This document shows, piece after piece, positions 46,294 to 58,500 of a stretch of 64,000 bases of DNA. The stretch comes from a virus (lineage: Duplodnaviria; Caudoviricetes). Under the pieces are notes generated by a model. It saw only the letters and a list, made by a program, of their open reading frames with translations, searched no databases and was not told the origin of the DNA. Where the stretch lies: positions 1,144 through 65,143 of IMG/VR virus record IMGVR_UViG_3300033521_000004. The stretch is one strand, 5' to 3'. Each line of letters opens with the position of its first letter. The first letter of the stretch is position 1. The translations under genes and the position numbers were made by a program.

Positions 46294-46566
46294 CCGAGCA
46301 GCCACAAACAGCCTCAGTTTGCCTGCCGCTGCCACACCAACAGCCACACCCATTTTCGTGGCATGGGTATTGCTCGAACGCGGGCATCCAATAACAACAG
46401 AGACAGTCCCATGTTCAGAGTAATGCACACCCCAGCTCTTGAAAATCTGATCCAGCGGTTCGGCTGCGAACAGGCGATTGTCGAATACCAGAAGATGCAA
46501 GACAGCATGGCCGTGATGGCCACGCATGTCGCGTCCGTCAAGAGTCAGAACGATGCAACTATCGCG

Positions 46567-49500
46567 TCACTTTGCAATATCAAGACCGACGCGACCACGA
46601 AGCTCCCGGGGCGTTGATTTCAGGATCCGGGTGTTCTGATCCGTCAGGTACTGTCGGGCCGCGCTGCGGATCTGGTCGCTGTTGATCTTCACCGGCGTGT
46701 CTGGGTTGCGCTTGTTCCAGTCTTCCAGCCGCTGCGCAGCCTTCTTGGACAGGGCATCGTCCTGCGTGGCAATCCCTCGCGCCCACATATCCACAATGCT
46801 CGACTCCATTTGCTTTTGAAGTGCGGCATCTTGCATGCCCGGGGCACGAGAGCGTGAGGCGTCGGCAATCTTGGTCGGGTTGAACCCCACGGCCTTGATC
46901 GCCGCGTCGGCCAGCGTCACGTCCATGTTCTTGCGACCCTTGGAGTCCTTGGCCGTGCCCGTGCTGGCCATGTCGGCTGCGGCCATCAGATCCTTGATGG
47001 CCTTGGGAGACAGGTTTTCCAGCGCCTTGCGGGTGTTGCCCTCGGAGTAGGCCTCCTTGGCCTTGAAGATGCTCTCAACCATGCTTCCGGCCGGCCCCCC
47101 AGCTTCGGCCAGATCGCGCGTCAGGTTGCCCTCTTCCGACACCTTGAGCGCCCCAGTGCCCGGGATCAGGTTGCCCATACCCATGCGGCCGGAGAAGTCC
47201 AGCGGGAGCTTGGCCGAGACGCCGTACAGGGCAAGGTCGCCCCACGTCTCGCCAAACTTCTCGTGCGCCCAGCGGCGCATGTTGCGCTTCATGTTCGTGT
47301 CCGACTTGAAGAACAACTGGCCGATCGTGTCGATCAGATCCATGATGTCGTCAGCAAACGGGGCGCCCACGGCACCAGACAGCAAGATCAGTGTGGCCAG
47401 TGACAGAGCCACGGCACGCTTGCCCTCGGCGCCACCGTCGCGCCACATGCGCCGCTGCATCTCGATGTACATGATCGAGTATTGCTTGAACGTGAAGACG
47501 GCGCGGCCTCCCCACGGGCGGGCCAAGTTGGGCCGGTTGGCCTTGTTGTAGATACCCTGCGTCTCGTTGACGGCACGAACCGCGAAGGCGTAGGGGTTGC
47601 GCTCGTTGTTGGCGATGGCCACGTTCCAAGCCGCAATGAAGGCCACCTTGCGGTTGAACTTCTCGGCCACCGAGAACATCATGCCCCACAGCGTCAGAAA
47701 TGCCTCGCCACGGGCGCGTAGGCCTTCGGTGCCCTGCTTGAGCTTTTCTCCGACCACCGGCACGCGCGAAGCGAGGTTGGCCAACTGGCGTGATACGCCT
47801 TGGGCGCCTTGGCTGTACAGGTGGAAGATTTCTTGCGCTTCCACAATGCCCTCGCGGCTGGCGCGTTGCAGCGCCTTGGCCAGATCCTTGTCCGTGATCT
47901 GAACTTGACCCATGGCCACCGGGACGGCCTTGGCCATGGCCACGCTGGCTGTGCCGACCCCGAACTGGGACAGGTACGGGCCGGTCATGGTCACCGTCTG
48001 CGTCAAGTTCATGGCCGCAGCCGCCACCGAGCCGCCGAGGAAGTGGGCAAACATGACCGACGACAGCACTGCCCCGCTATCGTTGGGGTTCATCATGAAC
48101 TTGCGCAGCTTGATTGCCTCGTCGCGCACGTCACCCTTGGCGTTGGGGATGTACTTGATGGCGTTATTCAGGTCGCGCATGTAGTACCGCTGCGCTGCGA
48201 ACCGGCCATTGCTGGTAACGAAGTTGGCCAAGATACGGGGCAGATCCTCGCTGTACCCGGCAGTTCCCTTGCGTTCGAGCTTGCGCTTGAGCGCCGACCG
48301 CTCGGTCAGAGCGTTCTTGTAAAACTCCTTCATGACCTGATCGACGCCGACCTCGTCGGCAAACAGCGCCAGCGTCTCTGGCGACAGGCCTTGGTACAGC
48401 TCGTGGGTCAGGTTGCTCTTGACCCCGGGGGTGATGCGGATCGTGTCGTCGCCGGCGTACTTGATGCGCAGCCGCTCTTCTGCCTTCTTGGCTTCGGCTT
48501 CCGTCTCGAACTGGCGGTAATACTCGGTGATTGATTTGCCGTCTGGATCCTTGGCCAGCGTACCCGTGGCCGGGTCAATCCGCTGCACCGTCAGCGAGTA
48601 CGGGCCAAAGCGCATCAGCGGCGCGTAGCCGGCCTTCTTGAGGTCGCGCGACTTGCCAAACAGCGCCTTGAGACGTTCTTCCGTGTCGGTGTAGGCGGCG
48701 ATCGAGGCCGTCAGGTAGTCGATGCGCTCTTGGCTGGCCTTGGACTTGATGGCCGCGTCCAGCGTGGTTTGCAGCATCTTCTTGCCCTTGGACAGGGCAC
48801 CGAACAGCACCCGGTTGGCGTGCTGCGGGTTCTCGATGATCTGGCGGCGGGCCTGCTTTGGCACATAGCCTTGGCACAGGGCAAAGGCTTCGGCTGCTGC
48901 GACCTCGTCAAGGCTGGCGTCGATCGCCGCGCGGGCTTGCTCATAGAGCGCGACCCCGGCATCGTCCAGACCGAAGTTGTTGCGCAGCTCGTCGGTCGTC
49001 CAGACCCTTCCCTCCATGACGGTTGCGCCTTGCAGCGTGCCGGCGAACAGCGCGGAAGCTGCGCCCTGCATGCTCTTGTGCGTGCGCTGGCCCAGTGTCA
49101 GCGTGGAGACGGCCGACTTGAAATCGTCCACCTTGCGCAGGATTCCCGGCGCCAGCTCGGCCGGCCGGATCGAGGTCAGCGAGACTTCGTTCTGCATGGC
49201 GTTGATGTAGCCAAACACCTTGCCGTAGTCGTTGTCCTTGAGCGCCTTGTGGAACTGGGTAGCAATGCTCCGGTCGTACCAGCCAAACGTGCGCAGGCTC
49301 TGCGAGTTGCCAAAGAACTGCGCGGCATCGCGCTTGATCTTGGCCATGATGTCCTGCGGGTTCGGTACTTCGGCCTTCTGCTCGGTGCCCTTCTCGCCCA
49401 TCCACTGCGAGTAGTCCATGTTCACCAGCATGCCGTTGTTCAGGTCACCTTCGCCCTGAATGACTGCTTTCAAGGCCCGCAGCACCGGCGCGTCACTGGA

Positions 49501-52500
49501 CAGGCCGAGGAATCCTTTGACGTGCTGGTAGAACTCCTTGAGCCACTGCACTGCCCGAGACACCCACGAGCCGCGTGCCTCGTACCGGCCGGAGACGATG
49601 CGCGTGGCATTCACCGCCCAGAACTCCGACGGGCTGTAAAGCTGGTAGTGCTGGTCGTAGGTCAGCGTGCCGTCGTTGAAGGCCTTGGCCACCGCCTTCG
49701 TTGCCTCTTGGTTGCCCATGGAGGCCTCCAGCATGGCCCGCATGGCCGCTTTGGTGGCCGGTGTGGCCTTGCGGTAGGTGGCGTCCCATTGGCGCTGCCA
49801 CTCGCGCAGCACGCCACCCTGAACCATGTGCGGCATCATCTGCTCGACGTGGTGCAGGATTTCGTGCACGGCCGTGTTGCCGTTCTCGTCCAGATTGGCC
49901 GCAAACAGCTTCATGACGCGGCTGATCGGGTTGTAGTTGCCGCGTGAGGTCAGGTCGCTCTTGACGCTGATCGAGTAGCCGAGGTCATTGGCCAAGTGCG
50001 GGTTCTGATCCAGCAGCCACTTGGCAAACTCGGCCTGATTGCGCGGCACCAAGCCGTCTGCCACGCCGCGCATCAACTGGGCGACCACCCAGTCAGCACC
50101 GCGCCGACGGCCGCGCTCGACCTCGGCAATCTTGCGGTCGTCGGCCTGATCGTTGAGCATGCGGGTGATTTCCCGCACGCCAAAGACGTACTCGGCCTCG
50201 GTGATCTTGCCCGCGTCGAGCTTGCGCTCCAGCGAATTGAGTTTTCCTCGTGCGTTGACGCGAACGGAATCCGGCAGACCGGCAAACGCATAGGACGGGC
50301 TGACCTTGAGGTCGTTCAAGACTTGAGGCTTGTTCTGCCCCAGCATCTCGCGGGCCTGCTCTTGGTGAGTAAGCGCCACCAGCGTCTCTTGCCGTCCGGT
50401 GATCAGGTAGTCGATGGCCTTGGCCGCGTCTTCCCCGTAGAACATCGACGCCACCATGACGCTGCCGCGCTTGTAGAAGTCGCCTTGCAGCACGTCGGTG
50501 AATTGCTTGTCTAGGAAGTAGGTGCCGCCCTCTTTCTTGGACGACGGCACGATGAAGTTGTAGCGGTTGCTCTGCTTGGTGATGCGCAGCACGCCGTCTT
50601 CGGTGCCCACCGTGCCCTTGAAGTTGTCGAGGAACTTCACAACCTCGGCCCCGGTCTTGATGCCGACGGGCTGGTTCTTCATTTCCTTGTCGAAGTCGAA
50701 CTGGCGATTCATCAGCACGCCTTGGCCGGTTGTGCCGTCCTTGCGCGTGTAGGTGATGATCTGCCCCGGGAACTTGGCATACCCGGCCAAGATGTTGCCG
50801 GTCACCATCCACCGCTTCTCGCGGCGGGCCGTGGTGCCCTTGTCAAAGACGGCCAGAACCGAGATGTATTCGAGCTGCTGCGTCTCTGGGTTGAACCAGT
50901 TGATCTGGTCTTCGCGGGCCAGTTGGTACTTGGTGCCGAGCTGGCTGAAAGTCAGGTTCAGGCTCTTGGCGTCACCGTTGGCCAGCGCAATCGTCATCTT
51001 CCAGTCAGACCCGGCCGCAGGGTTGGCCGTGCGCTTGGCCGGTTTGATGTCGGTGATAACGCCGTAGACGATCATGCCCAGCTTGTCCTTGATCGAGACG
51101 GACATGCCGATTTGGTAGGTTTCCAGCGCGGCCTTGGTGTTGCCCAAGATCATGTTGAGCAGGTTCTTTTGCGCCTCAATCTGGAGATGGTCGGCGTTTG
51201 GCTGCGCTTCCATCTTGGCAATGCGCTCCTTGGCCCATGGAATCATGCGATCGCGCAGATCCTCGATGTTCTCACGCGCAATTTGGTGGGCGCTCTTGCC
51301 GTCCAGACTCTCTTCGATCAGGCCATTGACCTCCTTGGACGAATACGGCTTGACAGTGCGCTTGACATTGACCTGTTCCATGTTTGCCGGAGCGGCAAAG
51401 ATCGAGGGGTCGCCCTTGTCCTCGGTGATCTGGCGGGTGTTCAGCGTCTCGGCGTCAAGGTCAACGGCCTTGGCTTCGAGCTTGTTGGTGCCCATCGTGT
51501 TCTCGCGCTCCAGCAGCTCGTTGTAGCGGTCGATCAGATCCTTGTAGATTTCCTCCTGCTGCTTGATGGGCAGGATCGGCACATAGCCGGTGAACTTGCG
51601 AATGTCGTCTTCGGTGGCTTCGGACGAATCCTCGACCAGCGAAATGATCTTGTTGCCACCGATGGCTTCGAGCACGTCGGGGTTGTCGCGCAGATACTCC
51701 TGCACCACTTGGCCACCGTAGTCGTTCATGAAGTCCACCACGCCCTCGGCCGTCACGCTGGACTTGCGCGAAGCGGTGGTGTTGGCGTTCAAGCTGGCCA
51801 TCTTCTTGAGCAGCACGGCTGCGGGCCGCATCTCGGCGGGAACGTCGGCCATCATCTGCGAGTAGGCCGGGGCGATCACTTGGCCAGTGCGGTGCACACG
51901 GCCCAGCATCTGCATGTGCGTGTCGATGTTCTTCTCGGCCTGCACGATGATCATGTGCCGCTTCTTCTTGTCCTTGACCTTGGAAGATGCGTGCAGCGAC
52001 AGGCCAGTGGATCCGGCCTGATTCAGGATGATCACGTCGATGTCGCCGTTGTTGAATCCGCGCACCGCGTTGACCCGCTGCCGGATGTTGGCGCTGCGGC
52101 TGGTGATTTTCGGGCCTGCGGAAGACGCCCCTCTAGCCTTGCTAAACCCATCCAGTTCGCTTTGGTAATTCTTATCTACTTCCGCCGTTTCCCCTGTCGG
52201 GAATGACATGGGTGGACTGGAGACAAACAACTCGCCAGTCTTCAAGTTCTTGGCCACGAAATAGAGATTCCCGTTCTTCTCCTTCGACTCCTTCACACGG
52301 CCGACGATTACAGCGCGGTTGCTTCCAGAATTGTCATCAGCAATCACTTTCCCAACATCGAAATCATTGCCTTGCATCTGGTATGGCTTGGCGTTCGCGT
52401 AGGCCGAATACCACTCCGTCTTTTGCTCTCCCTGCTCTAGGGTCTTGAAGCTGAATTTTGTTTCTTCCCTAGCCTCTCCTACGCCAACCTCAGAATAGTT

Positions 52501-55500
52501 GAGCGTGATGGTGCGGCCCGTGATTTCGTCGGTCTTGTAGCCTGCCTTGCGCAGCTCGTTGTGCATGTAGTCGATGGGGCTGATCGGAGCCGAGCCAAAC
52601 CCAGAATTGGCAATCTCTTGGCCAATCTCGTTGAACATATTGACCAGACCGGGGCCAAGCTCCTGATCGGTCAGGCGGCGCTGGTTCTTCTGGCCACGGG
52701 CGTCCTTGATGGTCACCCAGCGTTGCTTCTCCAAGTACCGCTGGTACAGGTCGGCAAAGGTCAGGGCCACCGGGTCGCCCACATTCAGGCCCATCTCTTC
52801 CGCGTAGGTCTGGAGGAACGAACCCATGGTGTTCGAGACGGTCATCACCACCTTCTCGCCTGCTTTCAGGCGCTCGATGGCGTGGCGCACGCTGTCTTGC
52901 ACCTTGAGCGAAAGCAGCATCTGGTCGATCAGGTTGTGCATGACCGAGCCGAAGTTCGACCCTTGGATGGTGGCCTTTTCGCCGCCCATCTCCTTGACCA
53001 TCGCGCCCTCTTTGTCCATCTCGGACTGGATTTCCTTGACGGCCTTTTCCTTGGCCCGGGAGAAGGCCAGCACGCGGCGCATGGCTTTGGCCATGTTCTC
53101 GGCCGTCTGCTTGTCCACCGCTGTCTCGACCGTGTCGTAGGAGACGCCGGCAAAGGTGCGCTCGCGCCGGATGTACTGGCCATCCGTGGTCAGCATGTTG
53201 GCCACCACTTGCTGCATGGGCACGCCGCCGGTCTTGATGGCCTCGGCCAACTGGCTGAGTTTGTCCACAGCCAGCTTCATGTTGGTGCTGGAGTACAGAT
53301 CCATCACGTCGGGCCGCTTGGCGTAGGTGGCCGACGAGAAGAAGGTGCCGAATGCACGATCAACCAGCCCGCGCACGAATGCAGCGCGGCCTGTTTGGTC
53401 AGCAGACCCCTCTGCTTCGCGTTGCTCACTGCTGCGTGCTTTGTTGCGTTGAGGCCCAGCGCCGCCAGCGTTGTGCGACTCATCGAAGATCATGAAGTTG
53501 GACGAGCCGAACTGCTGCACAAACTTCATGCGGTCGGTCACCTTGCCCTTGACCGTCTGCAACTGGCTGTAAGTGGTGAAGATGACCTTGTAGTCGCCCA
53601 AGCTCTCGCCTTCCATCATGTCGCGGAAGAGCTTGTTCAGCGGCTCGCCAGACTTGGGCGCCTTGAGCGTCAGGTTGTTCTCGGTGACCTCGCCATTGAC
53701 CGTGCGCAGCAGGGTGTAGGGTATCGACTCCGAGCCGTTGGTGATCAGAATTTTGGGCTTGGCCGTGTCCAGCCCCAGCTCGTCGGTCATGCCGATGTCG
53801 TCCAAGTCCCGAATCATGTCCGAGTACAAGTTCGGCTTCTCGGTGACGAAGATGGGCGTCTTGTCGTTGACGATGGCGTACTTGATCATGGCCGCGACCA
53901 CCCGGCCCTTACCGATACCGGTCTGGTCGCCAATGATGAACCCCCGGCCCTCTTCGGCGTTCTTGATGGCCAGCGCCAGCGCGTCTACCTGCTCGGCCGA
54001 GAAGTTGGTGCGTACCGTCTCGATGTCCATGCCAAGCCGATCTGCAACGTACTCGTCCAGATTGCCAAGCGTGTCCTCGATCTTCTGGAGCGATGCCTCG
54101 ATGGCACCGGCCATGGCCCGGGGCACGAGCGTGCCCACGGATGCAGCTTGAGAGTGCGGAGCGTAGGCGACTTGGCCGGATGTTTCCTGCTCTTCGCCCC
54201 GGCGGTCGTTCAGTCCAGACTCGACGCGCTCACCAGCGACAACGCTTGTTCCACCCAGTCGCTCAGTTCCAGCTCCAGTGCGTCCTTGAGTTCCTGTGCC
54301 GGCTCGCCCGCTGTCGCCGGGAACGGATGCTTCGCCGGCATTGCCAGATTGAGGTTTGTCCGTAGATTGAGGTTGTTGAGTACCAGTGCCTGTCCCGCTT
54401 CCTCGATTTCCTCCGGTTCCGGTACGTCCAGATTCCGGCACGCTTGCATCGTTTCCACTGCGCCCGCTTTGTTCGCCAGTTCCTGCACCCGATCCGCTAG
54501 GGCTTCGATCCACTCCCGCTCCGTCACTTGCCCCGGGTTGATCCGTACCGCTATCAGTTCCAGCGGTGCTGCCATCCCCTTCGGTGCCCACGCTACGAGT
54601 GCCATTCAGTTTCTCCTTGAGTTCGTCATACGAGCCGATCACCTTGGGCAGATCGGCGGCGGGAAGATCACGGGACGACTTGCCGCGCCCCTCGATGACG
54701 ATGACATCCACCGGGTAGCTCGCGCCTTGTTTGGCGTAAAGAGAGCCATCCACAGTGAAGTGGTCAACGACATTGTAGTTTTGGTACAGGTTGAAGTAAA
54801 ACGCCCGCTTGTTCTTACCGCGATAGTCGCCACGGCGCCCTTCTTCACTGGTCGCGTTCGAGCCGCCGACGATGAGCACGGCGCGGCCGTCGTCCTTCAT
54901 GCTGGCCAGCGCCTTGAATGCGATGGCATGGTCGATTTCGCTGGTCTGATAAAAGGCCGTGCTCGACACTTCGGCGCGGTAGACGATGGTGTCACCGCTG
55001 TCGTTCTTGACGACTCCAAAAGGCGGGTTGGCAATCACCGCATCTACCGGGTAGCCTGAGTGGCGCACGTTCTCCGTGGCCGCGTTTTTGTGCGTCGGGT
55101 CAAAGCCCATCTGGCGCAGCATGGCCGCGCGGGCCAGATTCAGCTCGTTGACAACGGCATTCTTGATGCCGGCGCCGATCAGCAGCATGCCGTTGCCGGC
55201 GGTCGGCTCCAGCACTTTCGTCTTGTTGTTGATGCCCGCCAGCTCCGAGGCCACAAAGGCCAGCGGCACGGGCGTGCTGTAAGCCTGTTCGCGCACGCTG
55301 GTGGACGAGCGCACCGATAGGTTCGGCTGCGCGTTGTACAGCGCCAGCAACCGGTCGTAGATGACCTGTGCGCTGCGGCCCTGCTTGCGACCGGCCTCGA
55401 CCATGTCCCGGGCGGCGATGACAACGGCCGCTTCGATCGTCTCGTCGGCCAGCTTGGCCAACTCGGTGCCGGGGTCAATCTTCTTGCCGATCAGCTCGCC

Positions 55501-58500
55501 AATGCGCTTGCGGGCCTCAATGATGGAGGCGAAGCTGGCGCCGCCAATGAAATCGTCGGCCAGCGCCTTTGCCACCTTGTACCGGCCCTCGGGGTATTGC
55601 AGGTCGATGGCGGTGGCCACCGGCTCTGTCTCGGTCGGCTTGTCTTCCTGCTCCAGCTCGGCCAGTGATTCAACGGCCACCACGTCCTTTTTGCTCGATG
55701 CCGTGCCCTCGGACTGGTACTTACCAGCCATGCCGATGTAGGCGCCCTGCAAGTGGTCGAGCGTGATCTGGTCGGCCGCGTCCTTGCCCAGCTTCTCGCG
55801 GATCGTGGACAACACAAAGCGGGCCGCGTCCTTGAACTTGTAGTAGCCCAGCCGGAAAGCAGCGTCCATGACCTTTGTGAGCACCGGAAGCAGCTTGTGC
55901 TCTTCCTCCGGCACGATGTTCATGCGCGTGCCCTTGCCGAGGATGTCGCCCAGCTCGCCCAGTGCGGCGTCAAGGTCGGCTTGGGCTTTGGCCTTCTTGG
56001 CCTCGGCTTCGGTTTGGGGCGCAGCCTGCGGCGGCTGGGTGCCCCCGGCCCCTTCCTCCGGCGTCCCGCCAGTGGGATCAGGCTGCTTACGTTCCTTGGC
56101 TTCCTTCTCGGTCTTGGGCGGCGCCAGTTCGGCCTTGCGCTTGTTGTCCAGCGCCTCCAGCGCGTCAGCCAGATCGTCCAGCTTCTGCGCTTTCAGGTCG
56201 TCCTTGACGCGCTGCGCTTCCTCGCGCAGCCGTGCAATGGTGCTTGGCACGTCATCGAGCGGCGGCACAAACAGGCGAGTGGCCCGATTCTTGAGCAGCT
56301 TTTGGTACAGCTCCGGGTGCTTGGCCGGATCTACCGCATTCCACAGCTCTTCGCCGTAGCGCCGAATGTTCTCGTCGCTGACATCCTGATTGCCATTGAT
56401 CACCGAGCGCACGACATGGCGCACATGGTTGCTCTCGGCCACCATGTCGCGGGTGTGCTGGATGCTCTTGTCGCGCCAGTTGGCGGCAATATCGACCAGC
56501 GCATCCTTTGGTTTGTACCGGCTATCCTCGCCCAGCGAGGTCACCAGTTGGCGCAGCTCCGGCACCGTCATGGCGTCGAGCTGTTCGCGGGTCACATTGC
56601 GCATGCGGGAGCGGTTGTCCTGCACCTTGCGAATGTTGGCCAGCAGATCGGCTTTGCTGCCGCTCACGTTGGTGTTGAGCAGCTTGGCCAAGGTGACCAA
56701 ATCGTCGCGGCCAAAGCGTTCATGAACCTGCTCGTCGGTGAGCTTGGTAAGGTCAGTGGTCAGAACCCCGGCCGGCACCCGATACGGATCTGAGTGCTGC
56801 TCTTGGAACTGGCCAAGGTTCAGCGTGCCGTAGTCGGTTTCGGGCACTCCCGTTCCTTGCCGTGCTTCTTCTTGCACTGCGGGCACCGGGGCTTCTGGGG
56901 CTTGAGGGGCATTTCTATTTCCTAGTAGGTCTGCAATTTCCTGCTCGGAGAAGCCCATTGAGCGCATTGCTTCCTCTTCGGAGACGTTGCTGGGGGCGCC
57001 GATGTCAGGAATGTCGGAGTCTTGCTCGTTGGTTTCTGTGACGGTCTTTCCGTTCAGGTGCGACAAATACCGCTTGGCAAAGGACGGGTTCAGGACAATC
57101 TCACCTTCGCCAACATTGCCAAGAACGGCATTGCCATCACGAATCGCCTGAATAAGGTCTTGCACAGGAATCGTGAACGTGCCGACAACGCGATCGGGGC
57201 GGCTGGTTGTGCCAAACGACTGATCCCAACCGGACATTCCTGACGTTGGTATTCCTCTTCCGCCGCCGTGCCACATCGACGTGGACATCAACTCTTCGCG
57301 CCCAATCTGGCGCCAGCTCTTGCCAAGGTGATCCTCATTGTCTGCAACGCGGGTCAGCACGACATTGCCGTTGCCGTCCATGTTGAGCGTTCCAGAGCCT
57401 GCAAAAGTCCCGTCGGCCAACGAAATTGACGGAACGCTGGGGTGATTTCCACCAAAGGCTTCGTCGGACAGTCGGCCAATTTCACGCAGTACGGCTTTGG
57501 GGTCTAGCGCATCTTGGGCTGATAGCCCTTCGTATCGTTGCCCTGCGGGGGCACCGACTTCGGCGCCACCGGTGCCGGCCCCTGATTCTTGGCCGATGCC
57601 TGCGGTTTGGCCTGTGTCACTGCCGGCCCCTTGACCGAGTGCAGGCCCATTTGTTTGGTCTTGTTGCTGAGTTTCATTAGAGTTCTCCGGTTGGGTTTGG
57701 TCGAAGCCGTACATCTGACGCAGCTTGGCCACGTCATCGCCAGCCGCTTCAAGCTGGCGCAGTTCATCTTGCTCGGTTGGCGTGAGCGTGCCCGTGGCGT
57801 GCTGGTCGTCGCCTTCGCCAGCTTGCTTGGCTTGCAGCGCCTCGATGCGCGTCTCGGCGAAGTCGCGCACGTCCTGATCGCTGTGCGTCTCGGTAGGGGG
57901 AGGCGTGTTGACCGCCCCGGTGGTCGGCGCATTGATGGCCGGTGCACCAGCTTCCTCGGCCGGTGTGACCGTGGGGCGCCCCGGGATCTGGGTCGCGCCG
58001 CCGGGGGGTGGCATGGTGATCGCGTTGTTGGGATTCATCGAGCGGATAACCTGCTCGTTGATGCCCTCGCGCGTGAACTGGCGGGATTTGATGTCTCCGC
58101 TCAATGCCCGGGCGAACTGATCCTCTGGCATGTGGGCTTGATTCAGGAACTCGACCGCCTTGCCGACGCCCGTAGTGCCAGCACCTTGAATGCCAGACTG
58201 CATGATGGTCTGGACGATGGTGTCCCCGACCTGTTTCAGGTAGTCCTCAAAAGTCGCATTCGGATTGAGGGCCACGCCCTTCGGCATGAACTTGTCCGTG
58301 GCGAACTGGCCGGTGGTTGTCAGAACCTCTCCGGGGATTTCTTTCTTGAGCGCAGACCACAAGAACTTAATGATCTGGTCAGACGGCAATCCTTGTGCGG
58401 CGGCGCGATAAGCCTTGAGCGTGTCGCCCAAACCAAACTTCTCGCCGATGACCTCGAATGCCGCAAAGATGCCCGCGCGGGTGGTGGCCTCTCCGATGCT

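Larger units (their letters stand above)
46153..46348 (+). mobile_element. attP region with arm-type repeats and IHF site
   Basis: CAGCCACA at 46153, 46165, 46299, 46341 (variants at 46309, 46329) flanking the tRNA core; IHF match AATCAAAGACTTA at 46252-46264. Confidence 0.8.

Noticed and set aside
52120-52491. Intein in the helicase domain
   Set aside because: No terminal His-Asn followed by Cys/Ser/Thr, and no LAGLIDADG or block motifs visible.
52561-55059. 832-aa plus-strand ORF, and similar long antisense ORFs (20295-22004, 57589-59439, 11713-13008, 50722-52206)
   Set aside because: Shadow frames opposite well-supported high-GC genes; no recognisable motifs.
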